Below, one piece after another: positions 63,282-64,000 of a DNA stretch of 64,000 nucleotides. This DNA comes from Desulfurivibrionaceae bacterium (GTDB taxonomy: Bacteria; Desulfobacterota; Desulfobulbia; Desulfobulbales; SURF-16). The stretch covers positions 5,673 to 69,672 of the forward strand of contig JAVLBA010000003.1 in the NCBI GenBank assembly GCA_031581485.1. The letters are read 5' to 3'. A program made the translations under genes and the position numbers. Each line of letters begins with the position of its first letter. Positions within the stretch are counted from its first letter, which is position 1. The notes under the pieces are model-generated. The model was given only the letters and a program-made list of their open reading frames with translations. It had not been told where the DNA came from and ran no database searches.

Positions 63282-63997
63282 CCGCGCTTTTATTGGAGGA
63301 TATCTCCTTTTGTCATCCCGGCGGCGGCTGCCTGTTTCGCCATCTCAAGCTGGCCATCGGCGCAGAGCGGGTCGGTTTTATCGGTCCAAACGGCAGCGGC
63401 AAAACCACCCTCTTTCATATCATCATGGGCCTGCTCAAGCCGGACAGCGGCCGGATTCTTCTGGATGGCAGGGAGGTGAGCGATGCCAGGGCCTGGCGCC
63501 AGCTGCGGCGGCAGGTGGGCTTTCTTTTTCAGGATGCCGATGATCAGCTCTTCTCCCCCACCGTGCTTGAGGATGTCACCTTCGGATCCTTGAATATGGG
63601 CGATGATGGTCCAACTGCCAAGGCCAAGGCCATGGCCACCTTAGAGAGTCTGGATCTGGCCGGTTTTGCCGGCAGGATCACCCACCAGCTTTCCGGCGGT
63701 GAGAAAAAACTGGTGGCCTTGGCCACCATTCTGGTCATGGCCCCGGAGATCCTGCTCCTTGATGAGCCTACCAATAACCTTGATATAGCCACCCGAGAGC
63801 GGCTGGTGGCCATACTGGCCCACCTGGACCTGCCCATGGTCATTATCTCCCATGATTTTGATTTCCTGGCCAAGAGCACGGATATCATCTACAGCCTGGA
63901 TCACGGCCACCTGCACCGGTCGGAGTCCATCCATCTCCACTCCCATCCCCATGCCCATATTTATGGCGATCATCCCCATGATCATGGCGGCTATTAA
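63278..63997 (+). CDS. cbiO: ECF transporter ATPase (CbiO/NikO) with a His-rich C-terminal tail
   Basis: Walker A GPNGSGKTT, signature LSGGEKKLVALA, Walker B ILLLDEPTNNLD. Tail HLHRSESIHLHSHPHAHIYGDHPHDHGGY. Confidence 0.9.
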   Translation: MTALLLEDISFCHPGGGCLFRHLKLAIGAERVGFIGPNGSGKTTLFHIIMGLLKPDSGRILLDGREVSDARAWRQLRRQVGFLFQDADDQLFSPTVLEDVTFGSLNMGDDGPTAKAKAMATLESLDLAGFAGRITHQLSGGEKKLVALATILVMAPEILLLDEPTNNLDIATRERLVAILAHLDLPMVIISHDFDFLAKSTDIIYSLDHGHLHRSESIHLHSHPHAHIYGDHPHDHGGY

Positions 63998-64000
63998 ATG

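Noticed and set aside
1-64000. Search for CRISPR arrays, rRNA genes, intact tRNAs, integrases or prophage blocks
   Set aside because: I saw no regularly spaced direct repeats, no rRNA-like conserved stretches, no cloverleaf-compatible tRNA sequences, and no integrase, terminase or capsid-like ORFs. The mobile DNA here is limited to small relics.

Overview
This 64-kb bacterial chromosomal window is mostly moderately GC-rich, with a few visibly AT-rich islets. Gene content suggests a Desulfobacterota / Desulfobulbales-like anaerobe: DapL, a class II photolyase, HD-GYP signalling, a ferredoxin-thioredoxin-reductase-like fusion, Etf with a ferredoxin domain, and NikR with an ECF nickel transporter. 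This placement is inference from content only.

The right half (43-64 kb) is a housekeeping backbone: rpmF-plsX-fabH ... fabG-acpP-fabF-rpiB-glyA-dCMP deaminase-nrdR-ribD-ribE-ribBA-ribH-nusB-ftsK, then nikR and a nikM/L/Q/O-type transporter. The left half is more accessory:
- dapL
- an AT-rich orphan islet
- a PNPOx / PpsA-like / photolyase operon
- a PAS-LuxR regulator bracketed by near-identical copies of a 60-aa ORF
- a seven-gene lipid-modification operon
- IS relics
- an HD / HD-GYP / HEAT cluster
- an acyl-AMP ligase-ACP-PlsC fusion with an MFS transporter
- a Kef-type antiporter
- a GC-rich islet with a decayed methyltransferase
- a eukaryote-type fused HisHF
- an 873-aa secreted helical-repeat protein
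- an Mla operon

Membrane-lipid metabolism is strikingly over-represented.

The observation most worth following up is a CarCDE-like acyl-CoA dehydrogenase plus a bifurcating-type EtfBA (EtfA carries a ferredoxin domain). It is inserted into the FAS II operon at the position fabD normally occupies and appears co-transcribed with fabG-acpP-fabF.

I found no rRNA, intact tRNA, CRISPR array or recognisable riboswitch. All family assignments come from reading motifs by eye; no database search was run.
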